Part shown: in pieces, positions 10,098 through 19,609 of the stretch
Numbering within the stretch: position 1 is the stretch's first letter
Layout of the letters: each line of letters begins with the position of its first letter
Assembly: GCA_965217585.1 (NCBI GenBank)
Contig: OZ244561.1
Coordinates: 1,728,001-1,792,000, forward strand
From: Candidatus Latescibacterota bacterium
Lineage (GTDB): Bacteria > Latescibacterota > UBA2968 > UBA8231
Length of the DNA stretch: 64,000 nucleotides
Direction: 5' to 3'
Notes under the pieces: generated by a model
Database searches by the model: none
What the model was told of the DNA's origin: nothing
Seen by the model: only the letters and a program-made list of their open reading frames with translations
Translations under genes and position numbers: made by a program

Positions 10098-10694
10098 TTA
10101 TAGCTTTTTGAGTTCGGGTTGGTTGCCGGGTCCTTGGTCGGTAATTTGATAAAACTTGAACTTAAATCCCCTTTCTCCCCTTTCTTCGTCATCGAAATAA
10201 GCAACCAGCAGGTAGGTGTCCCCCTCTGTGCCGTTAAATGCGCCGACAAGTTCGCATAGCCGATCTTTATATTTCTGATCCCAGTCACATCTGGCACGTT
10301 GGAGTCCCTTTGCGTAATACACCATTACCCGAACTTTCGCCCTTGCGAGCAGTAGCTTCTGAAAATCCTCCTCAATTTTTTTAAGATCGCCCCATTCGCT
10401 CTCCGCGACCATTGGGAAAGAAATTATCCGACCGCAATCGTCTAATTTCCACCAGCTAGCGTCATAGAGTTTTTCATATCCATTACCATATTTGTCAGGG
10501 ACACGATTGGGTTTTCGGCCCGCTGCCCATGGCTTGTATTTTAACTCCTTACCGAGTTTGCAAAGGGTAGTGAGTATTTCTTTAGTCCATGGCCCACTGT
10601 CTCCGGGCCTTTGGGCGGGGTCTCGTTGCAGTATCTCTTCTTCCAGTTTTTTGAATTCGGCAACAATTTTGTTCACTATGCAGTCCGGGGTCAT
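10098..10694 (-). CDS. Hypothetical protein, restriction-endonuclease-like fold
   Basis: GAGGAG RBS before ATG 10694; LYDASW...MVAESEWG...DFQKLL resembles a D...ExE variant of PD-(D/E)XK. Confidence 0.55.
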   Translation of the reverse strand: MTPDCIVNKIVAEFKKLEEEILQRDPAQRPGDSGPWTKEILTTLCKLGKELKYKPWAAGRKPNRVPDKYGNGYEKLYDASWWKLDDCGRIISFPMVAESEWGDLKKIEEDFQKLLLARAKVRVMVYYAKGLQRARCDWDQKYKDRLCELVGAFNGTEGDTYLLVAYFDDEERGERGFKFKFYQITDQGPGNQPELKKL

Positions 10695-10726
10695 TGTTTT
10701 CTCCTCGATTATGCCGTTTAAGTTGT

Positions 10727-10833
10727 CGCCACATGCCACTCATGTGGTCGGTCATCCTTGAGCACGTGTAATATGGCGCAGATTTTTTGTTGTCAAGGTC
10801 GCGGAGGTCGAGGCGACCGTAAATTAACGATAA
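10727..10833 (-). repeat. Structured intergenic repeat copy X (hairpin, TTGACA, hairpin)
   Basis: Near-identical to 11687-11794; minus-strand TTGACA at 10791-10796. Confidence 0.85.
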
Positions 10834-10847
10834 GCCCGCTTATTTTT

Positions 10848-11666
10848 TTAGCTTCGGAAAAAGTCGTCCAAATCGGAAAACCATTGTCGGAGAAAGTGGG
10901 CAAGGGTGGGCAGCATAGTCCTTTCAAATCGTTGCCATCGCCCATCTCGGGCAGAGGGGTGAGGACATTGGAGCACCGGAACAAGTTGATTTTCATTCTT
11001 CCAATACCTTAAATACTCCTTTACCTGTGTACAAATCCACGATCCTACGTCTGCATCTTCCCACGTCAAGCTAGGCATATATCCCCGAATCTTCTCCTCG
11101 TCAATTTCCCGATATTCCAATAGATCCCTCGCCTTTGCCCCCTGAGTCACGACGAGTTCAGGATTTAACTCCTTCAGTTCGGCAAGTCCATGGTCCCTAC
11201 AGTTTTTGTATAGCTTGTCCGGGACGCTCTTCATAGATTTATCCTTCCCCGAACATTTCGCACTGTTGGTCATTGCAAATCGCTTTAGAAGATCGCTCTC
11301 TGGTTTGCACCCGTAGAGGTGCCATAGAGTCTTTATCGTTCCCTTCATATGTTGATTCGTACACTTTTCATCATAAGTTACCGCTTGGATAATCTTTCGG
11401 CGTTTTAAAAGGGCTTCACCAAACTCTCTTTCACGGCCCCCGGTATCGAGTGAGACGACGACCAGACGTATTGGATCGCCGTACTTCTCGCCAACGTGTG
11501 CCTCAGCTCCCTTACATAGGCTTCTACCCTCGGCCTTGGCTACTGCTTCACAGCAAGCAAAGTGATCGCAGTCAAATGTAATCCTACTTCTGCTGACTCC
11601 AATCTTCCGGGAATCATATAGTTCTCTCAATTTACAGACATACATCTGGGAATCATTCATATCCAT
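10848..11666 (-). CDS. Uracil-DNA glycosylase superfamily protein
   Basis: RLVVVSLDTG, AMTNSAKC, ELNPELVVTQG, CPHPSAR (UDG motif B-like). Confidence 0.7.
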   Translation of the reverse strand: MDMNDSQMYVCKLRELYDSRKIGVSRSRITFDCDHFACCEAVAKAEGRSLCKGAEAHVGEKYGDPIRLVVVSLDTGGREREFGEALLKRRKIIQAVTYDEKCTNQHMKGTIKTLWHLYGCKPESDLLKRFAMTNSAKCSGKDKSMKSVPDKLYKNCRDHGLAELKELNPELVVTQGAKARDLLEYREIDEEKIRGYMPSLTWEDADVGSWICTQVKEYLRYWKNENQLVPVLQCPHPSARDGRWQRFERTMLPTLAHFLRQWFSDLDDFFRS

Positions 11667-11686
11667 CCCCTAGGCTGTTATGGTTC

Positions 11687-11794
11687 CGCCGCATGCCACT
11701 CATGCGGTCGGTTTTCCATGAACTCGTGTACTCTGGCGCAGATTCTTTTGTTGTCAAGGTCGCAGAGGTCGAGGCGACCGGAGATTAACGATAA
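11687..11794 (-). repeat. Structured intergenic repeat copy Y
   Basis: Near-identical to 10727-10833; minus-strand TTGACA at 11752-11757. Confidence 0.85.
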
Positions 11795-11881
11795 AAATTG
11801 ACTAGTATCCGGGCATCTCGGTACCACCGGGCTCTCACCTTCGCGGTGGTCGCTCTAGTTGGAAGCCGTGGTCTAGGATCA

Positions 11882-11989
11882 AGGCCCTAGCGGCTTACCG
11901 ATCAGAAGACTCGGAGCGCCGCTGCCCGCACTGCGGCGAGCCGCTCGACGAATAAAAAAGCGGCCGAGGCAAAAGCCCCGGCCGCTTCT
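11882..11989 (+). pseudogene. Orphan 3' fragment of the K+ channel gene plus terminator (direct repeat copy 2)
   Basis: Frame from 11881 reads KALAAYRSEDSERRCPHCGEPLDE* versus EALAANRSDDPKRRCPHCGERLDAH*; followed by the same hairpin. Confidence 0.85.
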
Positions 11990-12031
11990 CGTTAGCTGTA
12001 ATCAGGCGTTACCAGCGCATCGTCCCGAATT

Positions 12032-12211
12032 TTAGAAAAACGCGATTTTGACCAGCAGCGCCAAAACGACGGGACCGTATCCAAACTTGAGCAACGCCAA
12101 ATCGCGCTCAATTTTGTCAAAGTGATCGTTGGAGCTGGCTTTCAACTCGTCAATGCTCACTTTCAACTCGTCCAAGTCCTCTTTAGTGGCTAGCCGCTTC
12201 TCTTCTCGCAT
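12032..12211 (-). CDS. Small coiled-coil protein with C-terminal TM helix (DUF1640-like)
   Basis: LATKEDL, heptad pattern, hydrophobic tail GPVVLALLVKIAFF. Confidence 0.6.
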   Translation of the reverse strand: MREEKRLATKEDLDELKVSIDELKASSNDHFDKIERDLALLKFGYGPVVLALLVKIAFF

Positions 12212-12222
12212 TTTTTGCCCAC

Positions 12223-13248
12223 TCAATCGAGCGGCAGTTCCACCCGCCGCCCTTCGGCCATGCTGATCTGCACGGCCTCGGTAAATTCCATGTACTTAAC
12301 CCCGTCGGCGAAGCTGGTGTGGGCCACGGGCCGACCGTCGCGGATGGCATCGACAAAGTCCTCTTCCACCTGCCAGCCGTCGCGCGGATGCTCGGGGATG
12401 TCGAAGGACTGGTACTCGTCGTCGCCCTCGCCAGCTATCCATATCCCATTCTCGTCCATCTTAAACGAGCCTTTGGTTCCGTAAAAGGCAAAGCCAAAGG
12501 AAGGCCCTAAGCGCACGACGCTGCTCAGGTGATAGACCGCGGTCGCGCCGCTTTCCAACTCGGCGACGATGCCCAAGCTCTCCGGCACATCGGCCGCTGT
12601 TCTCTCCCCGGTCTCCTCGTCGAGCCGCTCGGTCGTAAACGTCTTGCCGTAGGCCAGCACGGCCTTCTCGTGCCCGGCATAGCGGCGCACCGTCTCGTTG
12701 CCAATGCCCATCGCCATGATATTGTTGCCCGATAGCTCGCGGCGCTGCCGCCAGTGCAGTGGCGCGTCCGGGTCGTAGCCGCCGGAGAGGCCAGCGAAGT
12801 GAATTTCCAACAAGTCGCCGAAAAAACCGCTGTGCAGCTTGTCGAGCAAGAGCGGCTCGGCCGACAAATAGAAGGGGGCCGGCACGATCATTGCCACCTT
12901 GTCGGTCTGCTGCGAGGCGGCGTACATCTGCCGCGCCTCGGCCAAATTCATGCACATCCGCGCCTCGGTCAGCACGTGCTTGCCCGCTTCGAGCCCGGCC
13001 AGCGTCATCGGACAGTGCATATAGGGCCAAGTGCCGATGCAGATCGCATCGACATCGTCGCTTGCAATCAGCGCCCGCCAGTCTTCGAATACCTGCGGGA
13101 TCCCGTACTCGTCGGCGATCCTTTGGCCCGATTCGCGCGAGCGATTGCAGACAGCGGTTATTTCGACTCCGTCAATACCTTGAAAACCGGGAATGTGCTG
13201 TAGGCGGGTATTGGCCCCCGCGCCGATTAGGCCGATGCGAAGCGTCAT
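12223..13248 (-). CDS. Gfo/Idh/MocA oxidoreductase
   Basis: IGLIGAG, DAICIGTWPYMH, GKHVLTEARM. Confidence 0.9.
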   Translation of the reverse strand: MTLRIGLIGAGANTRLQHIPGFQGIDGVEITAVCNRSRESGQRIADEYGIPQVFEDWRALIASDDVDAICIGTWPYMHCPMTLAGLEAGKHVLTEARMCMNLAEARQMYAASQQTDKVAMIVPAPFYLSAEPLLLDKLHSGFFGDLLEIHFAGLSGGYDPDAPLHWRQRRELSGNNIMAMGIGNETVRRYAGHEKAVLAYGKTFTTERLDEETGERTAADVPESLGIVAELESGATAVYHLSSVVRLGPSFGFAFYGTKGSFKMDENGIWIAGEGDDEYQSFDIPEHPRDGWQVEEDFVDAIRDGRPVAHTSFADGVKYMEFTEAVQISMAEGRRVELPLD

Positions 13249-13324
13249 AGCAGGTTTCCTCCTATGGGTTTGTCGTCCTATCGTGGATTGGAACGGCCTA
13301 AGCTAGCCGCCCCCCTCGCGCCTG

Positions 13325-14785
13325 TCAACGCCACTCATAGAGCGACTTCCGCGCTAGCCGGTAATCATCGGCGGGCCGGTCAATCGCCGTCGCCCCGCCC
13401 GAGGCCACCTCGATTAGGCGCGCACACACCGGTTCATACGCAGCCCTAGGAGCCACCGCCCCCTTAGCCACCAAGATCCGCTGGTGCTCGGGCTGGATCC
13501 CCGCACAGGTAATCTGGTGGATGCTGTTGGGACAAGCGCGCTCGCTGTTGAGCAAAAGCAACCCTTTGCGTCCGGCCCGCTCGACCTGTACAACCGCGGT
13601 CGGCCCCTGGCTAAAATAGCGTCCCCCACCGTGCCGACGCTCGCGCTCTTCGTACGACCCGTCGTGCAGCGTCCGCACCCGGCCGGCAATTTCCAAGGTC
13701 GGCCCGTGCATGTCGTCGGTCTTACCGCCCACGCGGAGCTGTACCTGTCCGCCGACACCGGAGGCAAAGCACGCCTGCACGCTTTCGACATCCCAGATCG
13801 ACACAACCCAGCCGTCCGCCTCCTGCGCGAGCAATTGCTCCAACACAAACGTCGAATCCCCGGACGAGCCGCCGCCGATGTTGTCGCCCATGTCGAGCAG
13901 GCACACGGGCATCTCCGCGCTCTCCACAGCCAACCTTACGGCCTCGGCCGGATCGGGCACCGCGGGCTTTAGCTGGTCGCGGCTGGCCCACATCTGCTCG
14001 CCCAACCGCTCGGCCTCGCGCTGCGCCCTTTCTTCGTCGCCATCGGCAATCACCACCACCGACGGCCCCATATAGGGCACATCCGCGTACTGGTAGCCCC
14101 CGGCGATGCTACACCCGAGAATCCCCGCTGCGGACTCTAACTCAATCGCCGCCTGCATCAGCGGCTGCATGGGCGCGACGCTCGTGTTGTGGAAGTAGAT
14201 ATTGAAAAGCACCTCTGGTTTGACCAACGCCATCTTGGGCTGGACCTCGCCGCGAATCTGCCGCGTCAGGATGGACGCGGCCTGCAAGCCTCGTTCCCGC
14301 TGGTCGATGTGGGGATTGGTCTTGTAGATGATCAAGGAGTCGGCCGCAGCCACCAGTTCCGGGGGCACGTTGGCGTGGTAGTCGTGAGTCACGGCGATGG
14401 GCAAGTCGCCCACCAGCGCGCGTACCCGGCGCACGGTCTCTCCGTCGGCTTGGGGGAACCCCTCGGCGACCATGGCTCCGTGCAGCGCCAACAACACCCC
14501 GTCGAGCTTGGGGGCTGCCTCCAGTCCGCTGAGGATGCGCCCGACAAAGTGCTCGTATGTGGCCTCGGTCACCGGGCCGCCCGGAGTCGCCGACGTCGCC
14601 AAGAGCGGATATAGTTCATAGCCGAACTGCTCGGCCCCGGCGATGTAGCCGGCAATCTCGTGGAAGGTTCCCGCGTACTGGCCGATCACATCCGCGCCTT
14701 CGCAGACCCCGAAATCCGCCAATCGCGTCGGCTGCGAATAGAACGAATTCGACTCGTGAGAAAAACCTGCTGTTGCAATGCGCAT
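13325..14785 (-). CDS. M81 (MlrC-like) metallopeptidase
   Basis: SHESNSF, LALHGAMV, THDYHAN, YKTNPHID, DMGDNIGGG. Confidence 0.9.
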   Translation of the reverse strand: MRIATAGFSHESNSFYSQPTRLADFGVCEGADVIGQYAGTFHEIAGYIAGAEQFGYELYPLLATSATPGGPVTEATYEHFVGRILSGLEAAPKLDGVLLALHGAMVAEGFPQADGETVRRVRALVGDLPIAVTHDYHANVPPELVAAADSLIIYKTNPHIDQRERGLQAASILTRQIRGEVQPKMALVKPEVLFNIYFHNTSVAPMQPLMQAAIELESAAGILGCSIAGGYQYADVPYMGPSVVVIADGDEERAQREAERLGEQMWASRDQLKPAVPDPAEAVRLAVESAEMPVCLLDMGDNIGGGSSGDSTFVLEQLLAQEADGWVVSIWDVESVQACFASGVGGQVQLRVGGKTDDMHGPTLEIAGRVRTLHDGSYEERERRHGGGRYFSQGPTAVVQVERAGRKGLLLLNSERACPNSIHQITCAGIQPEHQRILVAKGAVAPRAAYEPVCARLIEVASGGATAIDRPADDYRLARKSLYEWR

Positions 14786-14865
14786 TCGATATCACCTTTC
14801 TGGCGAACAGATCGCTCCGTCGCCTCGCTTGCGGTAGAATATAGTGTTATCTTTCCCAAACGCTT

Positions 14866-15936
14866 ATGAACCGTTGGCAAAAGATATTCACCTATAAAAA
14901 GACCAAGCGCCTGACGCAAATGGTCGCCTGCGGCGGCTGAGCCTCCAAGCTGCGCCCCGATCAGTTGCGGCGCGCCCTGGCAGGTCTGCCAGAAAACAGT
15001 GATCCCAACCTGCTCGTCGGCTTCAACCTCGCCGACGATGCCGGCGTCTATCGCCTCAGCGACAGTGAAGCCCTCGTGCAGACCGTCGATTTCTTCACCC
15101 CCATCGTCGACGATCCCTACACCTTCGGGGCCATCGCCGCGGCCAACTCGCTCAGCGACGTGTACGCCATGGGTGGCAAGCCTCTCACCGCGCTCAACAT
15201 CGCGGGTTTTCCCGCCAACGAGCTTGATCCAGAGGTCCTCAACCAGATCCTCCTCGGCGGTCAGTCCAAGGCCGATGAGGCCGGCTGCACCCTCGTCGGC
15301 GGCCACACCGTGCAAGACCCAGAGCTCAAGTACGGCCTCGCCGTCACCGGCCTCGTCCACCCCGACCGCATCTACACCAATGCCGGTGCCCAGCCCGGCG
15401 ACCGCCTCATCCTCAGCAAGAAACTGGGCACCGGGCTGATCGCCAACGCTTTCAAGGCCGGTCACCTCGCCGAGGCCGACCTAGCCGAGGCCGTGGAATC
15501 CATGCTCGCGCTCAATAAGGCCGCCGCCGAAACCCTGCCAGACTTCGCCGTCCACGCCGTCACCGACGTCACCGGCTTCGGCCTTTTGGGACACGCCGCG
15601 GAAATGGCCGAGGGCAGCCAAGCGGGGATGATTTTTTACGCGGCTCAAGTTCCGGCCCTAGCGCACAGCCTAGCACTGGCCGCCAAGGGCCTCGAAGGCG
15701 GCTCTCGCGACAACCAGCGTTTCTTGGAATCCAAAATCGCCGTCGCCGATGGCGTCGATCCAGCCCGCGACAATCTCCTCTTCGACGCCCAGACCTCCGG
15801 CGGCCTCCTCATCGCCGTAGCCGCCGCCGCCGCCGAAGCCCTCCTCCACGCCCTCCGCCAAAACGGAGTAGAGGCCGCCGCGCTCGTCGGCGAGGTCACC
15901 GGGGAAAACCCCGGCCGCATCCTCATCGAGCCGTGA
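14866..15936 (+). CDS. selD: Selenide, water dikinase; selenoprotein with in-frame UGA at 14938-14940
   Basis: From ATG 14866: ...KRLTQMVACGG-U-ASKL, continuing in frame into DDAGVY, QTVDFFTP, ANSLSDVYAMGG, GGHT, TDVTGFGLLGH, DAQTSGGLL. Confidence 0.93.
14941..14992 (+). promoter_or_regulatory. Candidate bacterial SECIS region
   Basis: Perfect hairpin CTGGCAG-GT-CTGCCAG (14977-14992) containing the GCAGGUCUGC core known from E. coli fdhF; weaker proximal stems closer to the UGA. Confidence 0.45.
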
Positions 15937-15961
15937 TCTCACCCGCGCCAAACCTTCGTCG

Positions 15962-16016
15962 CACCCGTCCTCCGTAGCAGCGCTACTGCGGAGGGCGGAC
16001 GCCCGAACCTGCGCCA
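15962..16016. repeat. REP-like palindromic element (core of the 25.1 kb and 40.1 kb repeats)
   Basis: cccgtcctccgtagcagcgctactgcggagggcggacgcccgaacctgcgcca; similar copies at ~25186 and ~40239. Confidence 0.85.
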
Positions 16017-16044
16017 ACGCCCCAATAGGAGACAGAGGATTGCG

Positions 16045-17628
16045 ATGAGTAACGGATGGAAGGATATGCGCGGTTATTTTCCTGGAGATTGGGTCAGGCC
16101 CAGGCAGAACACGGGGCATTGGCGTCCATTGGTCGATTGGACGGAGGTTTTTCCGGGCCATCGCTCCGTCGATCGAACGGGCGCGTTCGAACTCTACGAT
16201 GCCCCCATCGGCGTCCGCTTGGCGGTCGAGGAGGCGGACAAATCGGCTCCGCTCGAGTTCGATGGCGCAGTGGATGGTGACGTCGATGACGTAGGCAATT
16301 CCGTGCGGGTGTGGCAGGCGGATGACCGATACCACCTGCTCTACTACCAGGGGAGACACGTCGCTTATGCGGTAAGTGAAGATGCTTACCGCTGGACCCG
16401 TCCCGCCTTGGGCATCATCGAGCAGAACGGCTCGAAAGAAAACAACCTAGTTACCGATGTGGGGGGCGACCTGCTCAAAGCGGTATTCGAGGATCCAACC
16501 GCGCCACCTGAAGAGCGGTTTAAGGGCATGGGTTGTGAGGGGGCTCTGATCAATTCGGAGACCGGAGAGGTCGCCAACGCGGGTGAGGAGGTCGACGATG
16601 AATACATACAAAAGTGGTGGGCCGATCAGGAATACTTGGGTCCAGCCTACAAAGGGCCCAGACTGATTCTCAAGGGCCGGGTAATGGGGTGGGTCTCCCC
16701 CGACCGCGTTCACTGGAAGCGGACCGACAAGATTCTCGCCGATTTTCCCATGGATGGGGGCCTCTCCGCCAGATACGACGAGGAATCCGGTTACTACTAC
16801 GCCTACTGTCGCATCCAGGGCGTCCCCCAAGAACAGTTCGACCTGATCGGCAGCGGCGTTCCGGAGGATGGCATCTTCCACCGGGCGATCGGGCTGACCC
16901 GGACCAAGGACTTCAACCACTGGCCCGCTCCCAAGCTGCTCCTCTTTCCAGATGGTCAGGACGAGCCCGACCTCTCGTTCTACGGCGGCGACTACTTTCC
17001 CTATCCGGGTAGAGACGATCTGCACTGCATGTTGGTACAGGCCTACCATCATGCCACCGACCACGTGGACAGCCAGCTCGCCATCAGTCGCGACGGTTTG
17101 ATTTGGCAGCGGCCGGAGCGCAAGCCGATTATTCCGGTGGGCGGTCCGGGTGCGCCCGACGCGGCCATGGTCTATTCCTGGGGCAGCGGCATCGCGGAAT
17201 TGCCGGACGGCAATTGGGGGTCTCTCTACGGAGGGCACACGTCGCTGCACAACGAACCGCAGAGAGGAGAGGCGGTGTTACAGTGGGCCCGGTGGCGGCC
17301 CCACAGATTCTGCGGCATCGAAACGGATGTGGAGGGTCGGTTTACCTTGCCGACCGTAGTGAGGACCGCCAGTCAGCTGCGGCTCAACTACCGCTGTCGC
17401 CCGGGTGGCTGGATCAAGGTCGAGATTCTGCGCAACATTCCCTCGCGGATTCACCCCGACGTCGATCCGATCGCCGGCCTGACCTTCGAAGAAAGCGATC
17501 TGCTGAAAGGAGATTCGCTCGACCAGACGGTCACCTGGAACGGCAACAGCAACTTGTCCGAGGTGGGTGAGATGTTGGCGATTCGGATCCGGATGTTTCA
17601 GGCAAAGATCTTCGCGTACCACGTTTAA
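16045..17628 (+). CDS. Hypothetical glycoside-hydrolase-like five-bladed beta-propeller protein
   Basis: Repeated Asp-box-like motifs (SEDAYRW, SPDRVHW, TKDFNHW, SRDGLIW) plus C-terminal beta-sandwich. Confidence 0.65.
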   Translation: MSNGWKDMRGYFPGDWVRPRQNTGHWRPLVDWTEVFPGHRSVDRTGAFELYDAPIGVRLAVEEADKSAPLEFDGAVDGDVDDVGNSVRVWQADDRYHLLYYQGRHVAYAVSEDAYRWTRPALGIIEQNGSKENNLVTDVGGDLLKAVFEDPTAPPEERFKGMGCEGALINSETGEVANAGEEVDDEYIQKWWADQEYLGPAYKGPRLILKGRVMGWVSPDRVHWKRTDKILADFPMDGGLSARYDEESGYYYAYCRIQGVPQEQFDLIGSGVPEDGIFHRAIGLTRTKDFNHWPAPKLLLFPDGQDEPDLSFYGGDYFPYPGRDDLHCMLVQAYHHATDHVDSQLAISRDGLIWQRPERKPIIPVGGPGAPDAAMVYSWGSGIAELPDGNWGSLYGGHTSLHNEPQRGEAVLQWARWRPHRFCGIETDVEGRFTLPTVVRTASQLRLNYRCRPGGWIKVEILRNIPSRIHPDVDPIAGLTFEESDLLKGDSLDQTVTWNGNSNLSEVGEMLAIRIRMFQAKIFAYHV

Positions 17629-17632
17629 TCGC

Positions 17633-19600
17633 ATGACATGTAATCAGACGGGTGCATCAGGCGCAACGATCGCCGACGCGGGCTCGGGGTTGGTCGAGGT
17701 CAGGGCGACGCGAGTATCGCCGCCCCCCGGATGGGCGCTTCTGGAACGCCGGTTGATGAAGCTGATGGAGGACGCGGTCGAGCCAATGGTCGACAAGTAC
17801 GCGGAAAAGGGCGGAGCATTCTACTACGCCGACGATGTCGACGACCTGTACGAAAGGGTGTACAACTGGGGCCTGTTCTACGCCATGGGGGCCGATCGAA
17901 AGGTGCTCGACCTCGGGTTGCAGCAATGGCACGCAACCACCCGATTTTTCGCCGACGATATCGCCAGTCGGGTCCACCCCCGCTTTCAACCTCAGATCCA
18001 CAACGAGTACTACAACCAGGCCTCCGCCGGTGCGAATGAGTGGTACCACCAGGGCGAGGGCAACATGGCCTTCTACCATTTCGGCCTGGCCGATCCCACC
18101 ATTTCGGAAAACGTGCGCCGCGTCAGGCGGTTCGCGGCGATGTTCATGGACGAGGATCCCGAGGCCCCCAACTATGATACCCAGCACAAAGTCTTTCGCA
18201 GCCCCATACAGACCAGCGTCGGCCCCATGCGCCACGCCACGGTCGACAACGTGATCATGTGGCTGCAGGGAGGGGAAACGGGTTACGAGAAGGGATACCG
18301 CCCCTACAAGGTGCGGGCCACCCTCGATCCGGTGGTGACAGACCTCGAGGGGAACTGGTTCGAGAATCCCGCGCGCCGGGACGAGATCCTAAAGCTGTTC
18401 GACCACATCGTCCTCAACGGCGACGTCCCCCACAGCCTCGGCGCCACCGGCCTGATCACCAACGCCTTCCTCTACACCGGCGAGGACAAGTACAAGCAGT
18501 GGGTGCTCGACTACACTGAGGGGTGGATGGAGCGCATCGAGCGCAACGGCGGCATCCTGCCCGACAACGTCGGGCCGACCGGCAAGATCGGCGAAAACCG
18601 CAACGGCCTCTGGTGGGGCGGGCTCTACGGCTGGAACACCTTCGTCGGCCACTACATCATGTTCAGCGCCCTCACCATCGCCGCGGAGTGCGCCCTCCTG
18701 CTCACCGGCGACTTCGGCTATCTCGAGCTGCTGCGCTCGCAGATCCGGCTTCTCATGGACAACGCCATCACCCGCGAGGACGGCCAGCTTCTGTTGCCGG
18801 CCCGCTACGGTTCTGACGGCTGGGAGTACGCGAGGGACAACTACGACTACGAAAGAGGCAGGTTCGTGCCCTACCGCATGCAGGAGCTGGCCCACCTCTA
18901 TCACGCCTCAATGGCCCAAGAGGACTACGACCTCATCGTCCGCATTCGGGACACCGACAAAATGCGCGACTGGAACCACGTGCCCGTCCTCGGAGAGAAG
19001 AGCTACGCCGACACCGAACTGGCGCGCTTCCAGTACTACGACGGCAAGAACCCGGACTGGCCCGAGAAGATCCTGCAGGCCGAGTACCAGAATGCCCAGA
19101 CTGACTTCCAGTCGATACTGAACGAAACCCGCGATGCCCAGACCTTGATCGCGGACAACCCCTCTCCCCCCACTACGGTCTACACCAAGGGGTTGACGCA
19201 GGTGACAATGGGGGCGCCGCAATCGGTGTACACCGGAGGGCTGTTGCGCGCCACCGTCCGCTACTTCGATGCAGACCGCACGCGGCCGGGCCTGCCACCC
19301 GACGTGGCTGCCCTCGTCGACAAACTGGGAGCTGACAGCGCAGGTCTTCAGCTTGTCAACCTGAACGCCGGCGAGACGCGCACCCTGATCGTGCAGGCTG
19401 GGGCTTTCGCCGAGCACGAATTTGTCGAACTGACGCATGAAGGGCAGACCGTCGAGGTGGAGTCGAAGTATTTCGCGGTGCAACTCCCCCCCGGCACGTC
19501 CATCCGGCTGGACGTGGGCATGCGCCGCTTTGCTCACCGGCCGACCTATGCCTTCCCCTGGCACGGGGACGCTATCCCGGTGCCGTACCAGTCGGAGTAA
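17633..19600 (+). CDS. Conserved hypothetical protein (probable alpha/alpha barrel)
   Basis: Long ORF with strong GC3 bias; DDLYE, EWYHQGEG, WWGGLYGW, RPGLPPDVAALV. Confidence 0.7.
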   Translation: MTCNQTGASGATIADAGSGLVEVRATRVSPPPGWALLERRLMKLMEDAVEPMVDKYAEKGGAFYYADDVDDLYERVYNWGLFYAMGADRKVLDLGLQQWHATTRFFADDIASRVHPRFQPQIHNEYYNQASAGANEWYHQGEGNMAFYHFGLADPTISENVRRVRRFAAMFMDEDPEAPNYDTQHKVFRSPIQTSVGPMRHATVDNVIMWLQGGETGYEKGYRPYKVRATLDPVVTDLEGNWFENPARRDEILKLFDHIVLNGDVPHSLGATGLITNAFLYTGEDKYKQWVLDYTEGWMERIERNGGILPDNVGPTGKIGENRNGLWWGGLYGWNTFVGHYIMFSALTIAAECALLLTGDFGYLELLRSQIRLLMDNAITREDGQLLLPARYGSDGWEYARDNYDYERGRFVPYRMQELAHLYHASMAQEDYDLIVRIRDTDKMRDWNHVPVLGEKSYADTELARFQYYDGKNPDWPEKILQAEYQNAQTDFQSILNETRDAQTLIADNPSPPTTVYTKGLTQVTMGAPQSVYTGGLLRATVRYFDADRTRPGLPPDVAALVDKLGADSAGLQLVNLNAGETRTLIVQAGAFAEHEFVELTHEGQTVEVESKYFAVQLPPGTSIRLDVGMRRFAHRPTYAFPWHGDAIPVPYQSE

Positions 19601-19609
19601 AACTTCCAC

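Noticed and set aside
10025-11794. Integron attC array
   Set aside because: No convincing RYYYAAC...GTTRRRY pair and no integron integrase in the window; the repeats carry promoter-like TTGACA instead.
14965-15936. selD as a truncated pseudogene
   Set aside because: The TGA sits at the conserved catalytic Cys/Sec position with intact upstream coding sequence, so recoding fits better.
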